Shown here piece after piece: positions 1 to 12,578 of a stretch of 64,000 nucleotides of DNA. The stretch's first letter is position 1. Every line of letters begins with the position of its first letter. The notes beneath the pieces were generated by a model, which was not told the DNA's origin, did no database searches, and saw nothing but the letters and a program-made list of their open reading frames with translations. The position numbers and the translations under genes are program-made. Origin of the DNA: an uncultured Elioraea sp. (GTDB taxonomy: Bacteria; Pseudomonadota; Alphaproteobacteria; Acetobacterales; Acetobacteraceae); the NCBI GenBank assembly GCA_937928775.1, contig CALFVI010000034.1, positions 19,008 to 83,007 on the forward strand, in the 5' to 3' direction.

Positions 1-689
<689 letters not shown>

Positions 690-738
690 GCGACCAGCGG
701 GCGGGGTTGCCTTGCCCCCGCCCGATCGAGGCGAGCAA

Positions 739-772
739 GCGGGCGGTGCTGCTTCGGCGCACCGCCCGTTTT
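739..772 (+). terminator. Probable intrinsic terminator after katG
   Basis: Stem GCGGGCGGTGC / GCACCGCCCGT followed by a short T run; a second GC hairpin lies at ~698-724. Confidence 0.6.
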
Positions 773-803
773 CATCAGCGAGGCTTGCCGGGGGTGGCGG
801 CGT

Positions 804-1109
804 TCAAAACGTGAACTGCACGGTGACGCCGGGGGTGGCGTTGAGCAGGAGGTCGCGCAGGGTGCTGTTCGGGTCGCGCGGTGCTGGCCCGTCGGAGACG
901 CCCGGGCGTCGCGGTTCCTCGGGCACGCCGGGGGCAAGGCGAACACCGGGGGCGAGCTCGACCCGGAGCTGATTTGCCTCAAACCCTGGGGCGGGCACAG
1001 GGGAAGGGCTAGCCAGGGGGACGGAGTCGGGCGGCGGCAGCGGCCACGGCGGTGGCAACGGCAAAGGTGCCGCAGCCGAAGCGAGCAGAAGCCACACCGA
1101 AGGGATCAT
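804..1109 (-). CDS. Small Pro-rich putative exported protein (101 aa)
   Basis: ATG overlaps the NUDIX stop (ATGA); hydrophobic N-terminus [14 protein letters not shown], Pro-rich linker, C-terminus PGVTVQFTF. Confidence 0.55.
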   Translation of the reverse strand: MIPSVWLLLASAAAPLPLPPPWPLPPPDSVPLASPSPVPAPGFEANQLRVELAPGVRLAPGVPEEPRRPGVSDGPAPRDPNSTLRDLLLNATPGVTVQFTF

Positions 1110-1657
1110 TCTGGCACGCTGCCGCTGAGCGGGGCAGGGCTTCCTTGCCGCCACGCCTCGAGAGCCCAGGCGACGGAGCGGAAGGCGAGCTCTTGCCAGG
1201 GGATGTCGTCCCACGCGACCAGGGCGACCTCGCTCGACTCCGGTGTGGCGTGGATGGCGTCTGGGTCGAGCAGTCGCGCCCGATAGTAGAGGTGCACCTG
1301 GCCGATGCGGGCGATGGAGTAGACGCCGATCAGGCCTTCGATGGCGAGGCGCGCATTCGCCTCTTCCAGCGCTTCGCGGGCGGCGCCCTCTTCTGCGGTC
1401 TCGCCCATTTCCATGAATCCGGCGGGAAGGGTCCAGTAGCCGCGCCGGGGTTCGATGGCGCGGCGGCACAGCAGGACGCGCCCGTCCGGCACGGTGGCGA
1501 CCGCGCCGACGATCACCTTTGGGTTCTCGTAGGCGATGAAGCCGCACTCGGGGCAGGTGAGGCGTTCGCGATGGTCGCCCGGTGGGATGGTGCGCAGGCG
1601 GGGACCGGTGGGGCTGATCATGGTCTGCACCATTGGCCGGGTCGACCGTTTCGCCAA
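1106..1657 (-). CDS. NUDIX hydrolase with N-terminal Zn-ribbon (start may be a few codons downstream)
   Basis: [42 protein letters not shown] (Nudix box), IPWQELAF. Confidence 0.92.
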   Translation of the reverse strand: MAKRSTRPMVQTMISPTGPRLRTIPPGDHRERLTCPECGFIAYENPKVIVGAVATVPDGRVLLCRRAIEPRRGYWTLPAGFMEMGETAEEGAAREALEEANARLAIEGLIGVYSIARIGQVHLYYRARLLDPDAIHATPESSEVALVAWDDIPWQELAFRSVAWALEAWRQGSPAPLSGSVPE

Positions 1658-1992
1658 GGGGCGTTGACGCTTGTCTGCCGGTCAGAGCTGCGCGAGGGGA
1701 AGCAGGGGTTGGGCCGGTGGAGCGGGGCGCGCGGACTGGGCGGGGCGAAGGAATGGGGGGCATCGGGCGCCGGAGCGGAAACCGGCCGGCGGCAGGCCGG
1801 GCATGGCGGTGGCGCCTTACCGAGCGTGGCCCCGGTGCGCTGGGCGGCGGTTGCGCGGCTGCGGCGATGCGCTGTCGGCCGAGCCGGTTCCCCGGTCGCT
1901 GGCGGTGCTCTCTCGGTGCGCGACGCGGGACGTGCGTGCGCCCGTCTCTGCCGGGTGGACCGATGGCAGGGCTTCGACCGCTCGCTTGGCTG

Positions 1993-2172
1993 TGCCGGGT
2001 CTTGCGGGCCCGTGGCAGTGGCGCAGGCGGCGCTGCCGCGATGAGGTGTCGCGATGAGGTTTGCCGGGTCTCGCGGGCCCGTGGCGGTGGCGCAGGCTGG
2101 GCTGCCGCGATGAGGTGGCGCGATGAGGTTTGCCGGGTCTCGCGGGCCCGTGGTGGTGGCGCAGGCTGGGCT
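1993..2172. repeat. 69-bp tandem repeat, ~2.6 copies
   Basis: Units begin TGCCGGGTCT at 1993, 2062 and 2131; each full unit has an internal GCGATGAGGT duplication. Confidence 0.9.
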
Positions 2173-2201
2173 ACCGGCTGGTGCGGGACCGGTGCGGGAC
2201 C

Positions 2202-2420
2202 TCAGACTGTCAGGTTGAGCAGCGACCCGCGCGGCAGCGGCCCGGTGGGGGCGGCGTCCAGAGGCGCGAGCGGTGGCGCAGGCTTGGCGGGGACCTGAGC
2301 CTTGGCCCGCTCCACCCCCGCAGGCATGGCGGCAGCAGCCCCGGTGGCACGACTGCCCTGCACCTGCAGCGCGGCGGAGGCCGACTGCGTGACGGCGGCA
2401 AGGGAGGCGAGAGAAACCAT
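2202..2420 (-). CDS. Small hypothetical protein (72 aa) ending PRGSLLNLTV
   Basis: MVSLASL...; Ala/Pro-rich with a C-terminal RGSLLNL.V motif of a kind seen in small alphaproteobacterial proteins; CtrA box directly upstream. Confidence 0.6.
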   Translation of the reverse strand: MVSLASLAAVTQSASAALQVQGSRATGAAAAMPAGVERAKAQVPAKPAPPLAPLDAAPTGPLPRGSLLNLTV

Positions 2421-2444
2421 GCGCAGCGTTCTAACCCGCATTGG

Positions 2445-2460
2445 TTAACAATGCGTTAAC
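2445..2460. promoter_or_regulatory. CtrA-binding box (TTAA-N7-TTAAC)
   Basis: TTAA CAATGCG TTAAC on +, and TTAA CGCATTG TTAAC on -, in AT-poor DNA, ~25 bp upstream of the 72-aa ORF. Confidence 0.7.
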
Positions 2461-2561
2461 GCGGGTCGTTGCGCAACTCGTACAATCGTAGGTGGTACGG
2501 GCGGCGCGCCACCAAACCGCCGGGCGCCGAACGCCCGCCAGCCCCGCGTGAGGCCGGCCCC

Positions 2562-3755
2562 TCAGGCAGCGAGCGCGGCCACCCCGGGCAGGGTCTTGCC
2601 CTCCATCCACTCAAGGAAAGCGCCACCCGCTGCCGAGACGTAGGAGAGCTCCTCCACCACGCCTGCCTGGCGCAAGGCGGCCACCGTATCTCCCCCTCCG
2701 GCGACGGAAAGGAGCGAGCCTGTCTTGGTCAGCTCCGCCACGCCTTTGGCGACGCGCACCGTCGCCGCCTCGAAAGGAGGGGTCTCGAAGGCGCCGAGCG
2801 GCCCGTTCCAGATCAGAGTCCGGCAGGTGCCGAGACGCGCGAGGATCGCCTCGCAGGTGAGGGGGCCAAGATCGAGGATCATTGCCTCCTCCGGCACGCG
2901 ATCCACCGTCACCGTCTCGGTCGGCGGGTTGGGTTTGAACTCGCGCGCCACCACCGCATCGAGGGGCAGCACGATCGCGCAGCCGGATTGTTCCGCCCTC
3001 GCCACGATCTCGCGCGCCGTGGCGTGCAGGTCGGGCTCTTGCAGGCTTTTGCCGACACCAAGCCCCCGCGCGGCAAGAAAGGTGTTAGCCATCGCCCCGC
3101 CGATGATCAGCACGTCGACCCTACCCACCAGGTTGCCCAGCAGGTCGAGCTTGGTCGAAACCTTCGCCCCGCCGACAATCGCGGCAACAGGCCGCGCGGG
3201 CGTGCCGAGCGCCTTCTCCAGCGCCTCCAGTTCCGCCTGCATCAGCCGCCCAGCATAGGCTGGCAGACGGTGGGCGAGCGCCTCGGTCGAGGCATGCGCG
3301 CGATGTGCAGCCGAGAAGGCGTCGTTGACGTAGACGTCGCCAAGTTTTGCCAGCGCCTCGGCGAAGGCCGGATCGTTCTCCTCCTCGCCGGGGTGAAAGC
3401 GCGTGTTCTCGAGCACAACGATGTCGCCCTCTCGCAAGCCGCCGACCGCGCGTTCCGCCGGCTCCCCGATGCAGTCGTCAGCGAAGGCGACCGCGCGGCC
3501 GAGCACATCGCTCAACGCCTCCGCGACGGGCCGAAGCGACATCGAGGGCACGCGCTTGCCCTTCGGCCGGTCGAAGTGGGAGAGCACGATCACCTTCGCG
3601 CCCTTCTCGGCGAGCTCGCGGATGGTGGGCAAAAGGCGCTCCAGGCGGGTGAGGTCGCTCACCCGCCCGTCCTGCATCGGCACGTTGAGGTCGGCCCGCA
3701 GCAGAACCCGTTTCCCGCGCGGATCGAGTGCATCGAGCGTGCGAAAGGCCGCCAT
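2562..3755 (-). CDS. pgk: Phosphoglycerate kinase
   Basis: [72 protein letters not shown]. Confidence 0.99.
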   Translation of the reverse strand: MAAFRTLDALDPRGKRVLLRADLNVPMQDGRVSDLTRLERLLPTIRELAEKGAKVIVLSHFDRPKGKRVPSMSLRPVAEALSDVLGRAVAFADDCIGEPAERAVGGLREGDIVVLENTRFHPGEEENDPAFAEALAKLGDVYVNDAFSAAHRAHASTEALAHRLPAYAGRLMQAELEALEKALGTPARPVAAIVGGAKVSTKLDLLGNLVGRVDVLIIGGAMANTFLAARGLGVGKSLQEPDLHATAREIVARAEQSGCAIVLPLDAVVAREFKPNPPTETVTVDRVPEEAMILDLGPLTCEAILARLGTCRTLIWNGPLGAFETPPFEAATVRVAKGVAELTKTGSLLSVAGGGDTVAALRQAGVVEELSYVSAAGGAFLEWMEGKTLPGVAALAA

Positions 3756-3756
3756 C

Positions 3757-4770
3757 TCACAGCCTCCCCATGAGGGCTGCGGTGTCGCACATACGGTTGG
3801 AGAAGCCCCATTCGTTGTCGTACCAGCTCATCACCCGCACCAGCGTGCCCTCGATCACCGCGGTCTGGGTGGCGTCGAAGGTCGAGGAGGCCGGGCAGTG
3901 GTTGAAGTCGACACTCACCAGCTTCTCCTCGTTGTAGCCGAGGATGCCCTTGAGCGGGCCCTCGGCCGCCGCCTTCATCGCTGCATTCACCTCCTCCTTC
4001 GTCACCGGGCGTTGCACGATCGCATCGAGCGAGACGAGCGAGACGTTCGGGGTGGGGACGCGGATCGCCGTGCCATCAAGCTTGCCCTTCAGTTCGGGAA
4101 TGACGAGGCCGATCGCCTTCGCCGCCCCGGTGGTGGTCGGGATCATCGAGACGGCGGCGGCGCGCGCGCGATGGAGATCACGGTGCAGCGTGTCCACTGT
4201 GCGCTGATCGCCCGTATAGGCGTGAATAGTCACCATGTAGCCGCGCGCCACGCCGAAGGCATCGTGCAGCACCTTCACCACCGGAGCGAGGCAGTTCGTG
4301 GTGCACGAGCCGTTGGAGACGACAGTCATCTCCTTCGTCAGCGTGGTGTGGTTCACGCCATAGACGATGGTGGCATCGGCCTGATCGGCGGGCGCGCTGA
4401 TGAGCACCTTGCGCGCGCCGGCGGCAAGCAGCGGCTGGGCTTTCTCCTTGGAGGTGAACAGGCCCGTGCACTCCATCGCCACATCGACCCCGGAGAGTGG
4501 CAACTGCGCAGGGTCCTTGATCGCGGTGACCTTGATCGGGCCCCAAGAGCGGTTGCCGTGGCGAATGGTGATGGTGTCGGCGCCCGTCTCGACCAGCCCC
4601 GGGAAACGCCCATGCACGCTGTCGTAGCGGAACAGGTGCGCATTGGCCTCCACGCTGCCGAGGTCGTTGATCAGCACGCATTCGAGATCGTCGCGCCCGG
4701 ATTCCACCATGGCGCGCAGAACGAGCCGGCCGATACGCCCGAACCCATTGATCGCGATCTTCACCGCCAT
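3757..4770 (-). CDS. gap: Type I glyceraldehyde-3-phosphate dehydrogenase
   Basis: [53 protein letters not shown]. Confidence 0.99.
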   Translation of the reverse strand: MAVKIAINGFGRIGRLVLRAMVESGRDDLECVLINDLGSVEANAHLFRYDSVHGRFPGLVETGADTITIRHGNRSWGPIKVTAIKDPAQLPLSGVDVAMECTGLFTSKEKAQPLLAAGARKVLISAPADQADATIVYGVNHTTLTKEMTVVSNGSCTTNCLAPVVKVLHDAFGVARGYMVTIHAYTGDQRTVDTLHRDLHRARAAAVSMIPTTTGAAKAIGLVIPELKGKLDGTAIRVPTPNVSLVSLDAIVQRPVTKEEVNAAMKAAAEGPLKGILGYNEEKLVSVDFNHCPASSTFDATQTAVIEGTLVRVMSWYDNEWGFSNRMCDTAALMGRL

Positions 4771-4812
4771 GACGTCCGCCCTTCCTTTGCTTGTTTCGAA
4801 GGTAGAGATTTT

Positions 4813-6696
4813 TCAAGATAACCGGCGGAGCACGGCTTGCGCCACCCCTTCCGGCGTTGGCCGCTGCACGGGTGAGCCTGCCGCCTGCGAAGGCGGCGCA
4901 CCCGTTTCGGGCCCGAGGAACAGGCCAGAGAGGCCGAGCCAGCGGCCCCAGCCCTGGGCAATGCCGCATTCGATGCCGACTCGCAACACCCCACCGAGCA
5001 CGAGCGCGCGCCACGCCTCGTCCTGGGCAGAGAACAACTCGAAGCAGGGCAGCGAAACGACGGCGACTGCCACTCCCTGCGCCTGCAGAATTTCGCGCGC
5101 GGCGAGCGCGACAGCCACCTCCGTCCCGCTGGCGATCAAAGTCGCCTGGCGCGGGCCGGCTGCCTCAGCCAGCACGTAGCCGCCGCGCGCCGACAGGTTC
5201 TCAGCCGTATGGTTGCCGCGCACGGCGGGTCCGACCTCTTCGCTCACCACGAGGACGGAGGGGCCGTCGTGCCGAGACGCCGCCAGCGCCCAAGCCTCGG
5301 CCAGCTCCACCGCGTCTGCGGGGCGGAACACGAACAGGTTCGGGATGGCGCGCAACGCGGCGAGGTGGTCGTGCCCGCTCCAGGCTCCGGCGATGGCGCC
5401 ATTGGCTGCCGCGCTGTCCGTCCCGTCCTCGCTCAGCACGGCGATCACACGCCTTTGCAGGCGCGCCGCGAAACGAAGGGCGGGACGAAGGCAATCGGCC
5501 TCAGCAAGCGCGGTGCCGCCGACGGGGATCGCGCCGCCGTGCGCGGCAAGCCCGCCGATGGCCGATGCCAGAGCCTGGCGTCGCCCTCGCGTCGAGATCG
5601 GCACACCCCCCCGGCTTCCGGACGGGGAAGCCGCCCCGTTCGACGGCGCACGCGCCGCACCGGAGCCGTCGGACAGATCGATAAGCTCGGGGATGGCAGC
5701 AGCCAGGATCGCCAGCGCCTGCCGGCTCGCCTCCGCGGTTGCCATAAAGGATCGGCCGGCGGCGAGCTGCGTCTTCCAGGCGTCGAGCCCGAAGCGCCAA
5801 GCCTCCGGCAGACGACCCAGAAGCGCACGGTCGAACTCGTCGCGCAAGGGGCTCCTCTGGTGGCGGCGGCGCCAGGCAAGCCGTTCCCGCGCGCCGCGCC
5901 GCGCCGCCTCGGCCCAGGCCAGGGCGAGGTCGGCGGGAACCCCCTCCCCGCTGGCCGCCTGGCAAAGCGTGTTGCCGGTGCGGCACAGGATCAAGGTCGG
6001 TCGCGCCGCACGGACCGCGGAGGAGAGCGCGGCCGCGACTTGGTCAGGATCGTCGGCCGCGACCCCTCTCGTCGCCCAACCATGGGCGGCGAAACACCGC
6101 AGCACCTCGTCGGAACCGGGCTCCGCCTCGGCCGCCTCGACCAGAACGGTGAGCCGCGACAGTTTGAGCGCGCCGGCGAGGGAGGCCGCCTCGTGCCCCG
6201 GACCGGCCATCACCTCCTCGGCCGAGGCGATCACCCAAGTGCGGTGATCGACCAGGGAACGGCCGAAGCGGGCGGCGAGAATCCGCTCCGCCATCGCCAG
6301 CCCGACCGCGGTGGCAAGCCCTTGCCCGCCTGCGCCGACAAAGACCGCGGCGTCGTCCTGCCCCGCCTCTCCATGCCCAACAGCTTGGCCGGTCAAGGTG
6401 TCGAGGGCAGCGCGGAGAGGCGCGCCGTTCGCGTCGGCGAGCACGACCCGGTCGCGGTCTGGCCAGTGCGGGTCTGCCGCATCGAACTTCAAAAACCGGG
6501 TCCACAGCACCGTTGCGACCTCGGCCATGCCGAGCGCGAAGCGCGCGCGATCGGCGCTGTGTGCGCCGAGGCAGGTGAGAACGCCGATCCGCAGAGCCCC
6601 CGCCAAAGCCCGGTCGAACCCGGCGCCTTCGTCTGCCGCGACGGCACGCGGCGCGTTCGGCGCGGACTTTTTCCCTTCGACTGCGGTGACGACCAC
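4813..6696 (-). CDS. tkt: Transketolase-like protein, highly divergent, apparently lacking catalytic residues
   Basis: Retains GMAEVATVLWTRFLKFDAADPHWPDRDR, GQGLATAVG, HEAASLAG.LKLS, LAALRAIPNLFVFRPADAVE, ARGGYVL, TLIASGTEV and VVSLPCFELF; GTG start at 6696 after AAGGAG; tkt-gap-pgk synteny. Confidence 0.85.
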   Translation of the reverse strand: MVVTAVEGKKSAPNAPRAVAADEGAGFDRALAGALRIGVLTCLGAHSADRARFALGMAEVATVLWTRFLKFDAADPHWPDRDRVVLADANGAPLRAALDTLTGQAVGHGEAGQDDAAVFVGAGGQGLATAVGLAMAERILAARFGRSLVDHRTWVIASAEEVMAGPGHEAASLAGALKLSRLTVLVEAAEAEPGSDEVLRCFAAHGWATRGVAADDPDQVAAALSSAVRAARPTLILCRTGNTLCQAASGEGVPADLALAWAEAARRGARERLAWRRRHQRSPLRDEFDRALLGRLPEAWRFGLDAWKTQLAAGRSFMATAEASRQALAILAAAIPELIDLSDGSGAARAPSNGAASPSGSRGGVPISTRGRRQALASAIGGLAAHGGAIPVGGTALAEADCLRPALRFAARLQRRVIAVLSEDGTDSAAANGAIAGAWSGHDHLAALRAIPNLFVFRPADAVELAEAWALAASRHDGPSVLVVSEEVGPAVRGNHTAENLSARGGYVLAEAAGPRQATLIASGTEVAVALAAREILQAQGVAVAVVSLPCFELFSAQDEAWRALVLGGVLRVGIECGIAQGWGRWLGLSGLFLGPETGAPPSQAAGSPVQRPTPEGVAQAVLRRLS

Positions 6697-6989
6697 CGCG
6701 CTCTCCTTCAACCCCCTGTGAACCCGGTCGCTATATTCAGCGCCGGGCCCGCCGGCAAGGCCGAGCGTCGCGCCCGCCCCGTGCCGTCCGTCGGTGCGGG
6801 GCGCGGCTTGCTCTTGCCTCCGGCGCGCGCCTGCCACATCAGGTTTGCTGGGTTCGGGCCCCTCTGGCGGAGGGACCGGCGCGGCTGAGCCACCCGGGGC
6901 CGCGCTCTAGGCGCCGCGATGTCGGACCCCGCCGCCCCGCTCGCCGGGCGGCTGCCTCTCCCGTCCCTCGGGTGCGCGGTGATGGCCTG

Positions 6990-8015
6990 ATGTCGGCTCC
7001 CTGGTCGTTCTGGGTCCTCTTCAACGCCTTCATCCTGGCCTTGCTTCTGGTCGATCTCGGCGTGTTGACGAAGCGCGACCGCGCCATCCCGGTGCGCGAG
7101 GCGCTTTTGCGTTCGGCCGCCTTCTTCACGCTGGCGATGATCTTCTGCGGCGGCGTCTTCGCCTTCTACGGCGCAACCCCTGAGGAGCGTTGGCGGAAGG
7201 GGATGGAATTCCTCACCGGCTACCTGATCGAATGGTCGCTCTCGGTCGACAACATCTTCGTCTTCGTCCTGATCTTCTCCCACTTCCAGGTGCCGCTCGC
7301 CTACCAGCACCGCGTGCTGTTCTGGGGCATCCTCGGTGCCCTCGTCATGCGTGGGACGCTGATCCTGCTGGGGACTGCGCTCATCGTGCAGTTCCAGTGG
7401 ATCATGGTCGGCTTCGGCCTGTTCCTGATCTGGTCTGGCTGGAAAATGCTGCAGGCGGTGGACGAAGAGCCAGACCTCGAGAACAACCGGATCTTGCTGT
7501 GGGTGAAGTCGCGCTACCGCGTGACCGACGGCTACGTGGGCGACCGTTTCTTCATCCGTCGCGACGGCAAGCTCTTTCTCACTCCGCTCGCCCTCGTTCT
7601 GGTGCTGATTGAAACGACCGACCTCGTGTTCGCCCTCGATTCGATTCCGGCTATCTTCGCTATCACGACCGACCCGTTCATCGTCTACACGGCGAATGTG
7701 TTTGCCATTCTTGGGCTGCGCGCGATGTACTTCGCGCTCGCCGGAATTGTGCACCGGTTCTACTACCTGAAATACGGGCTCTCCATCGTGCTCATGCTGG
7801 TGGGCGCGAAAATGCTTGCCAACTACGCGGCGGGCGGCAAGGCCGTGCCGGTCGAACTCGCCCTTCTCGTCACAGCGTCCATCATCGGCGGGTCGATCGC
7901 GCTCAGCCTGATCAAGACCGCCCAGCGTGCCCCGGCCGAAGGGTTGGCCACTGCTTGGCGCGGCTGGGTGCCGTTCTCGCGCCGCCGCCGCGCGGAGAGG
8001 GAGGCGGCAGACTAG
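6990..8015 (+). CDS. TerC/Alx family membrane protein
   Basis: EFLTGYLIEWSLSVDNIFVF, QHRVLFWGILGALVMR, IETTDLVFALDSIPAIFAITTDPFIVYTANVFAILGLRAMYF. Confidence 0.95.
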   Translation: MSAPWSFWVLFNAFILALLLVDLGVLTKRDRAIPVREALLRSAAFFTLAMIFCGGVFAFYGATPEERWRKGMEFLTGYLIEWSLSVDNIFVFVLIFSHFQVPLAYQHRVLFWGILGALVMRGTLILLGTALIVQFQWIMVGFGLFLIWSGWKMLQAVDEEPDLENNRILLWVKSRYRVTDGYVGDRFFIRRDGKLFLTPLALVLVLIETTDLVFALDSIPAIFAITTDPFIVYTANVFAILGLRAMYFALAGIVHRFYYLKYGLSIVLMLVGAKMLANYAAGGKAVPVELALLVTASIIGGSIALSLIKTAQRAPAEGLATAWRGWVPFSRRRRAEREAAD

Positions 8016-8167
8016 GGCCTTGCGGAAAGGCGCAGTCTCCTGCTTGCTTTCCTGGCTTCGAAGAGAAGGCTTGACCAGACCCCGCGCACGCGCGAGAGAT
8101 CATGGTGTCGATCAGCTTTCGCCGACGCCGCGGCGAGGCTCGAAGGCCAACGAACGAGGTGGGGTGG

Positions 8168-9034
8168 ATGCGCGTGATGAAGCGGCTGGCGGCGGGGTGT
8201 GCGCTCTTGGTCTTTGGCGGGCTCGCCATCGCCAGCGCCGCGGTGGCAAGCGAAATTGGGGCCCCCGTGCCTGGCGGGCTCGGCATGCAGGCCGCTGCCT
8301 CCTCGGTGAAGGAACGGGTGCACGACCTGCACAACCTGCTCCTCGTCATCATCACCGCGATCACGCTGTTCGTCCTCGCCCTGATGGCCTACGTGGTCTG
8401 GCGCTTCCGGGCTGAGCGCAACCCGAACCCGTCCACGACCGCGCACAACACGCTGCTCGAGGTGGCCTGGACGGTCATCCCCGTCCTCATCTTGGTTGTG
8501 ATCGCGGTCCCCTCGTTTCGCCTTCTCTACTACATGGACCGCACGCACGACCCCGATCTCACGGTCAAGGTGACGGGATTCCAATGGGCTTGGGAATACG
8601 AATACCTCGACGCGGACGGGCTGAAGTTCGAATCCTACATGCTTCCGGCCGAACAGGCGGTCGAGGAAGGCAGGAAGCGCTTGCTTGATGTCGACGAGGA
8701 ACTCGTTCTGCCGGTCGGCAAAAATATCAGGATCCTGACCACGAGCCGCGACGTCATCCACTCCTTCTTCATCCCCTCGCTTGGCGTGCAGAAGTACAAT
8801 ATTCCGGGCCGCGTTCTGGAAACTTGGGTGCGCATTGACCGCCCCGGGGTGTACTATGGCCAGTGCAACCAGATTTGCGGCGTCAACCACGCCTTTATGC
8901 CGATTGCCGTGCGCGCCGTGCCCGAGGCTGAGTTCACTGCTTGGCTGGAGCAGGCGAAACGCCGCTTCGCCGCGACTCAGCCCGCCACCCGCTTCGCTGC
9001 CCGCACGGCGGAAGCGAACGCCGCGGCAAACTGA
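8168..9034 (+). CDS. coxB: Cytochrome c oxidase subunit II
   Basis: HNTLLEVAWTVIP, KVTGFQWAWEYEY, DVIHSFFIP, CuA motif GQCNQICGVNHAFMPI. Confidence 0.98.
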   Translation: MRVMKRLAAGCALLVFGGLAIASAAVASEIGAPVPGGLGMQAAASSVKERVHDLHNLLLVIITAITLFVLALMAYVVWRFRAERNPNPSTTAHNTLLEVAWTVIPVLILVVIAVPSFRLLYYMDRTHDPDLTVKVTGFQWAWEYEYLDADGLKFESYMLPAEQAVEEGRKRLLDVDEELVLPVGKNIRILTTSRDVIHSFFIPSLGVQKYNIPGRVLETWVRIDRPGVYYGQCNQICGVNHAFMPIAVRAVPEAEFTAWLEQAKRRFAATQPATRFAARTAEANAAAN

Positions 9035-10681
<1,647 letters not shown>

Positions 10682-10725
10682 GCGGCGCGGCTCCTTTGCT
10701 GGCGGCTTGATCGGGTCGGCGAACG

Positions 10726-11694
10726 ATGCGGACGGAGGCGACGGCGACGATGCACGGCGGGGCGGGGGCGCTCACGCCCGACCTCGCCGGCAGCGAGCCG
10801 CGCGACTGGCTTCTCTTGCTCAAGCCGCGCGTGGTGCTGCTCGTCGTCTATACCAGTGCTGTGGGCCTGGTGATCGCGCCCGAACCGATTCACCCCGTGC
10901 TCGGGGCGATCGCGCTGCTCGCCATCGCTCTCGGCGCAGGCGCTTCGGGGGCGCTGAACATGTGGTACGACCGCGACATCGACGCGGTGATGCGGCGCAC
11001 CGCCGGTCGCCCTGTTCCGGCGGGTCGCATTGCACCGGCTGACGCCGCCGCCTTCGGCCTCGCGCTTGCGGTGTTCTCTGTCGTGCTGATCGGGCTTGCC
11101 GCCAACTGGCTCGCCGCTGCCATCCTCGCCTTCTCAATCTTCTTCTACGTCGTCGTCTACACCATGGGGCTGAAGCGGCGGACGGCGCAGAACATCGTCA
11201 TCGGCGGGGCCGCCGGGGCCTTCCCGCCGGTGATCGGCTGGGCTGCGGCGACCGGGTCGATCGACCTCGCGCCGCTTGTCCTGTTCCTCATCGTCTTCCT
11301 TTGGACGCCGCCGCATTTCTGGTCGCTCGCCCTGTTTGCTCATGCCGACTATGCGCGCGCTGGCGTGCCGATGCTGCCCGTGGTGGCGGGCGCGCGCGCC
11401 ACGCGGCGGCAGATCGCGGTCTACACCGTCCTGCTCCTTGCCTCCTCTCTCGCCCCCGTTGCTCTTGGCTTCGCGGGCCTGCTTTATGGTGCGGCCGCCC
11501 TCGTGCTGGGTGCGCTGTTCCTGCGCCACGCCTGGGCGGTACTGAACGACGCGCAGGACGAAACTGGCCGCAGCCTCTCCGGCGATCGCCCGGCGCGGGC
11601 TGCGTTCCGCTTCTCCATCACCTACCTGTTCGCGCTGTTCGGCGCCTTGGCGCTGGACCACGCGCTTGGAGGGATGGCATGGCTCATGCCGTGA
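10726..11694 (+). CDS. ctaB: Protoheme IX farnesyltransferase (heme O synthase)
   Basis: [65 protein letters not shown]. Confidence 0.97.
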   Translation: MRTEATATMHGGAGALTPDLAGSEPRDWLLLLKPRVVLLVVYTSAVGLVIAPEPIHPVLGAIALLAIALGAGASGALNMWYDRDIDAVMRRTAGRPVPAGRIAPADAAAFGLALAVFSVVLIGLAANWLAAAILAFSIFFYVVVYTMGLKRRTAQNIVIGGAAGAFPPVIGWAAATGSIDLAPLVLFLIVFLWTPPHFWSLALFAHADYARAGVPMLPVVAGARATRRQIAVYTVLLLASSLAPVALGFAGLLYGAAALVLGALFLRHAWAVLNDAQDETGRSLSGDRPARAAFRFSITYLFALFGALALDHALGGMAWLMP

Positions 11695-11942
11695 GCGAGA
11701 GGCAGCACCAAGCCACACCGCGCGGCGAGGCGCACGACCCGCAGGCGGTCGAGATTGTCGCTCATCTCACGCGCGCACAGTCCGAGGACCTCGCGCGCCG
11801 GCGGCGCGTGCGCAACCGCGCGCTCGGTCTTGTTTTGGTTGGGCTCGTCGCCCTCTTTTTCGCCCTCAGCGTCAGCCGTCTCGCCGACGTCGGAGATCCG
11901 CAGAAATGGTCCCGTCCGGGCGCAATCGCACCGTCGCGCTGA
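11691..11942 (+). CDS. Small single-TM protein of the cox operon (CoxF-like)
   Basis: GTGA overlap with ctaB stop; [26 protein letters not shown] matches the small ORF usually found between ctaB and ctaG. Confidence 0.7.
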   Translation: MSERQHQATPRGEAHDPQAVEIVAHLTRAQSEDLARRRRVRNRALGLVLVGLVALFFALSVSRLADVGDPQKWSRPGAIAPSR

Positions 11943-12538
11943 CCTGCGCCGGCATCGTGGCCACCATGGTTGGCGCAGCCTACGCCGCCGTGCCTCTGTA
12001 CGACTGGTTCTGCCGCGTCACTGGCTTTGGCGGCACGCCGATGATCAACGCTGCCGTGCCGCACGCGCGCGACTCCCGCACCATCCGTGTCGAATTCGTG
12101 GGTTCGGTGAACGGGGACCTGCCCTGGCGGTTCCGCCCCGCCCAGCGTTCCATCACCCTGCACGGTGGGGAGGAGGGGATTGCTTTCTATGTCGCGCGCA
12201 ACGACGCCGACCGCCCCGTCACTGGAATTTCGACCTACAACGTGACGCCTGAGAAGGCCGCGCGCTATTTCAACAAAATCGCCTGCTTCTGTTTCACCGA
12301 ACAGACGCTGGAGCCGGGGCGGGAGGTGGATATGCCGCTCGCCTTTTGGGTTGATCCCGCGATCTTCGAGGATCCGAACACGCGTGATGTGCGCGTGATC
12401 ACGGTGAACTACACCTTCTTCCGCTCACTCAACGATGCCGAACGTGCGGGCGCCTTGGCCTCGGCCGGGCCGCATGTCGGCGGCTTCACCCCCAACACGG
12501 CTCCGCCCGCCCCCGGCGAGAGACGCCTGATCCGATGA
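11906..12538 (+). CDS. ctaG: Cytochrome c oxidase assembly protein Cox11/CtaG
   Basis: YAAVPLYDWFCRVTGFGGTP, YNVTPEKAARYFNKIACFCFTEQTL. Confidence 0.97.
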   Translation: MVPSGRNRTVALTCAGIVATMVGAAYAAVPLYDWFCRVTGFGGTPMINAAVPHARDSRTIRVEFVGSVNGDLPWRFRPAQRSITLHGGEEGIAFYVARNDADRPVTGISTYNVTPEKAARYFNKIACFCFTEQTLEPGREVDMPLAFWVDPAIFEDPNTRDVRVITVNYTFFRSLNDAERAGALASAGPHVGGFTPNTAPPAPGERRLIR

Positions 12539-12578
12539 GCGCGACCGCCCTCTTCCCGCTTTGCAAGGACATTCGCCG

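Noticed and set aside
1993-2172. Possible CRISPR array (also considered for 31335-31738)
   Set aside because: Repeats are head-to-tail with no unique spacers, and no cas genes are in the window.
6700-6990. yybP-ykoY (Mn) riboswitch upstream of the terC/alx gene
   Set aside because: Expected from family knowledge, but the GGGGAGUAG-type hallmark is not visible; an Infernal search would be needed to exclude it fully.
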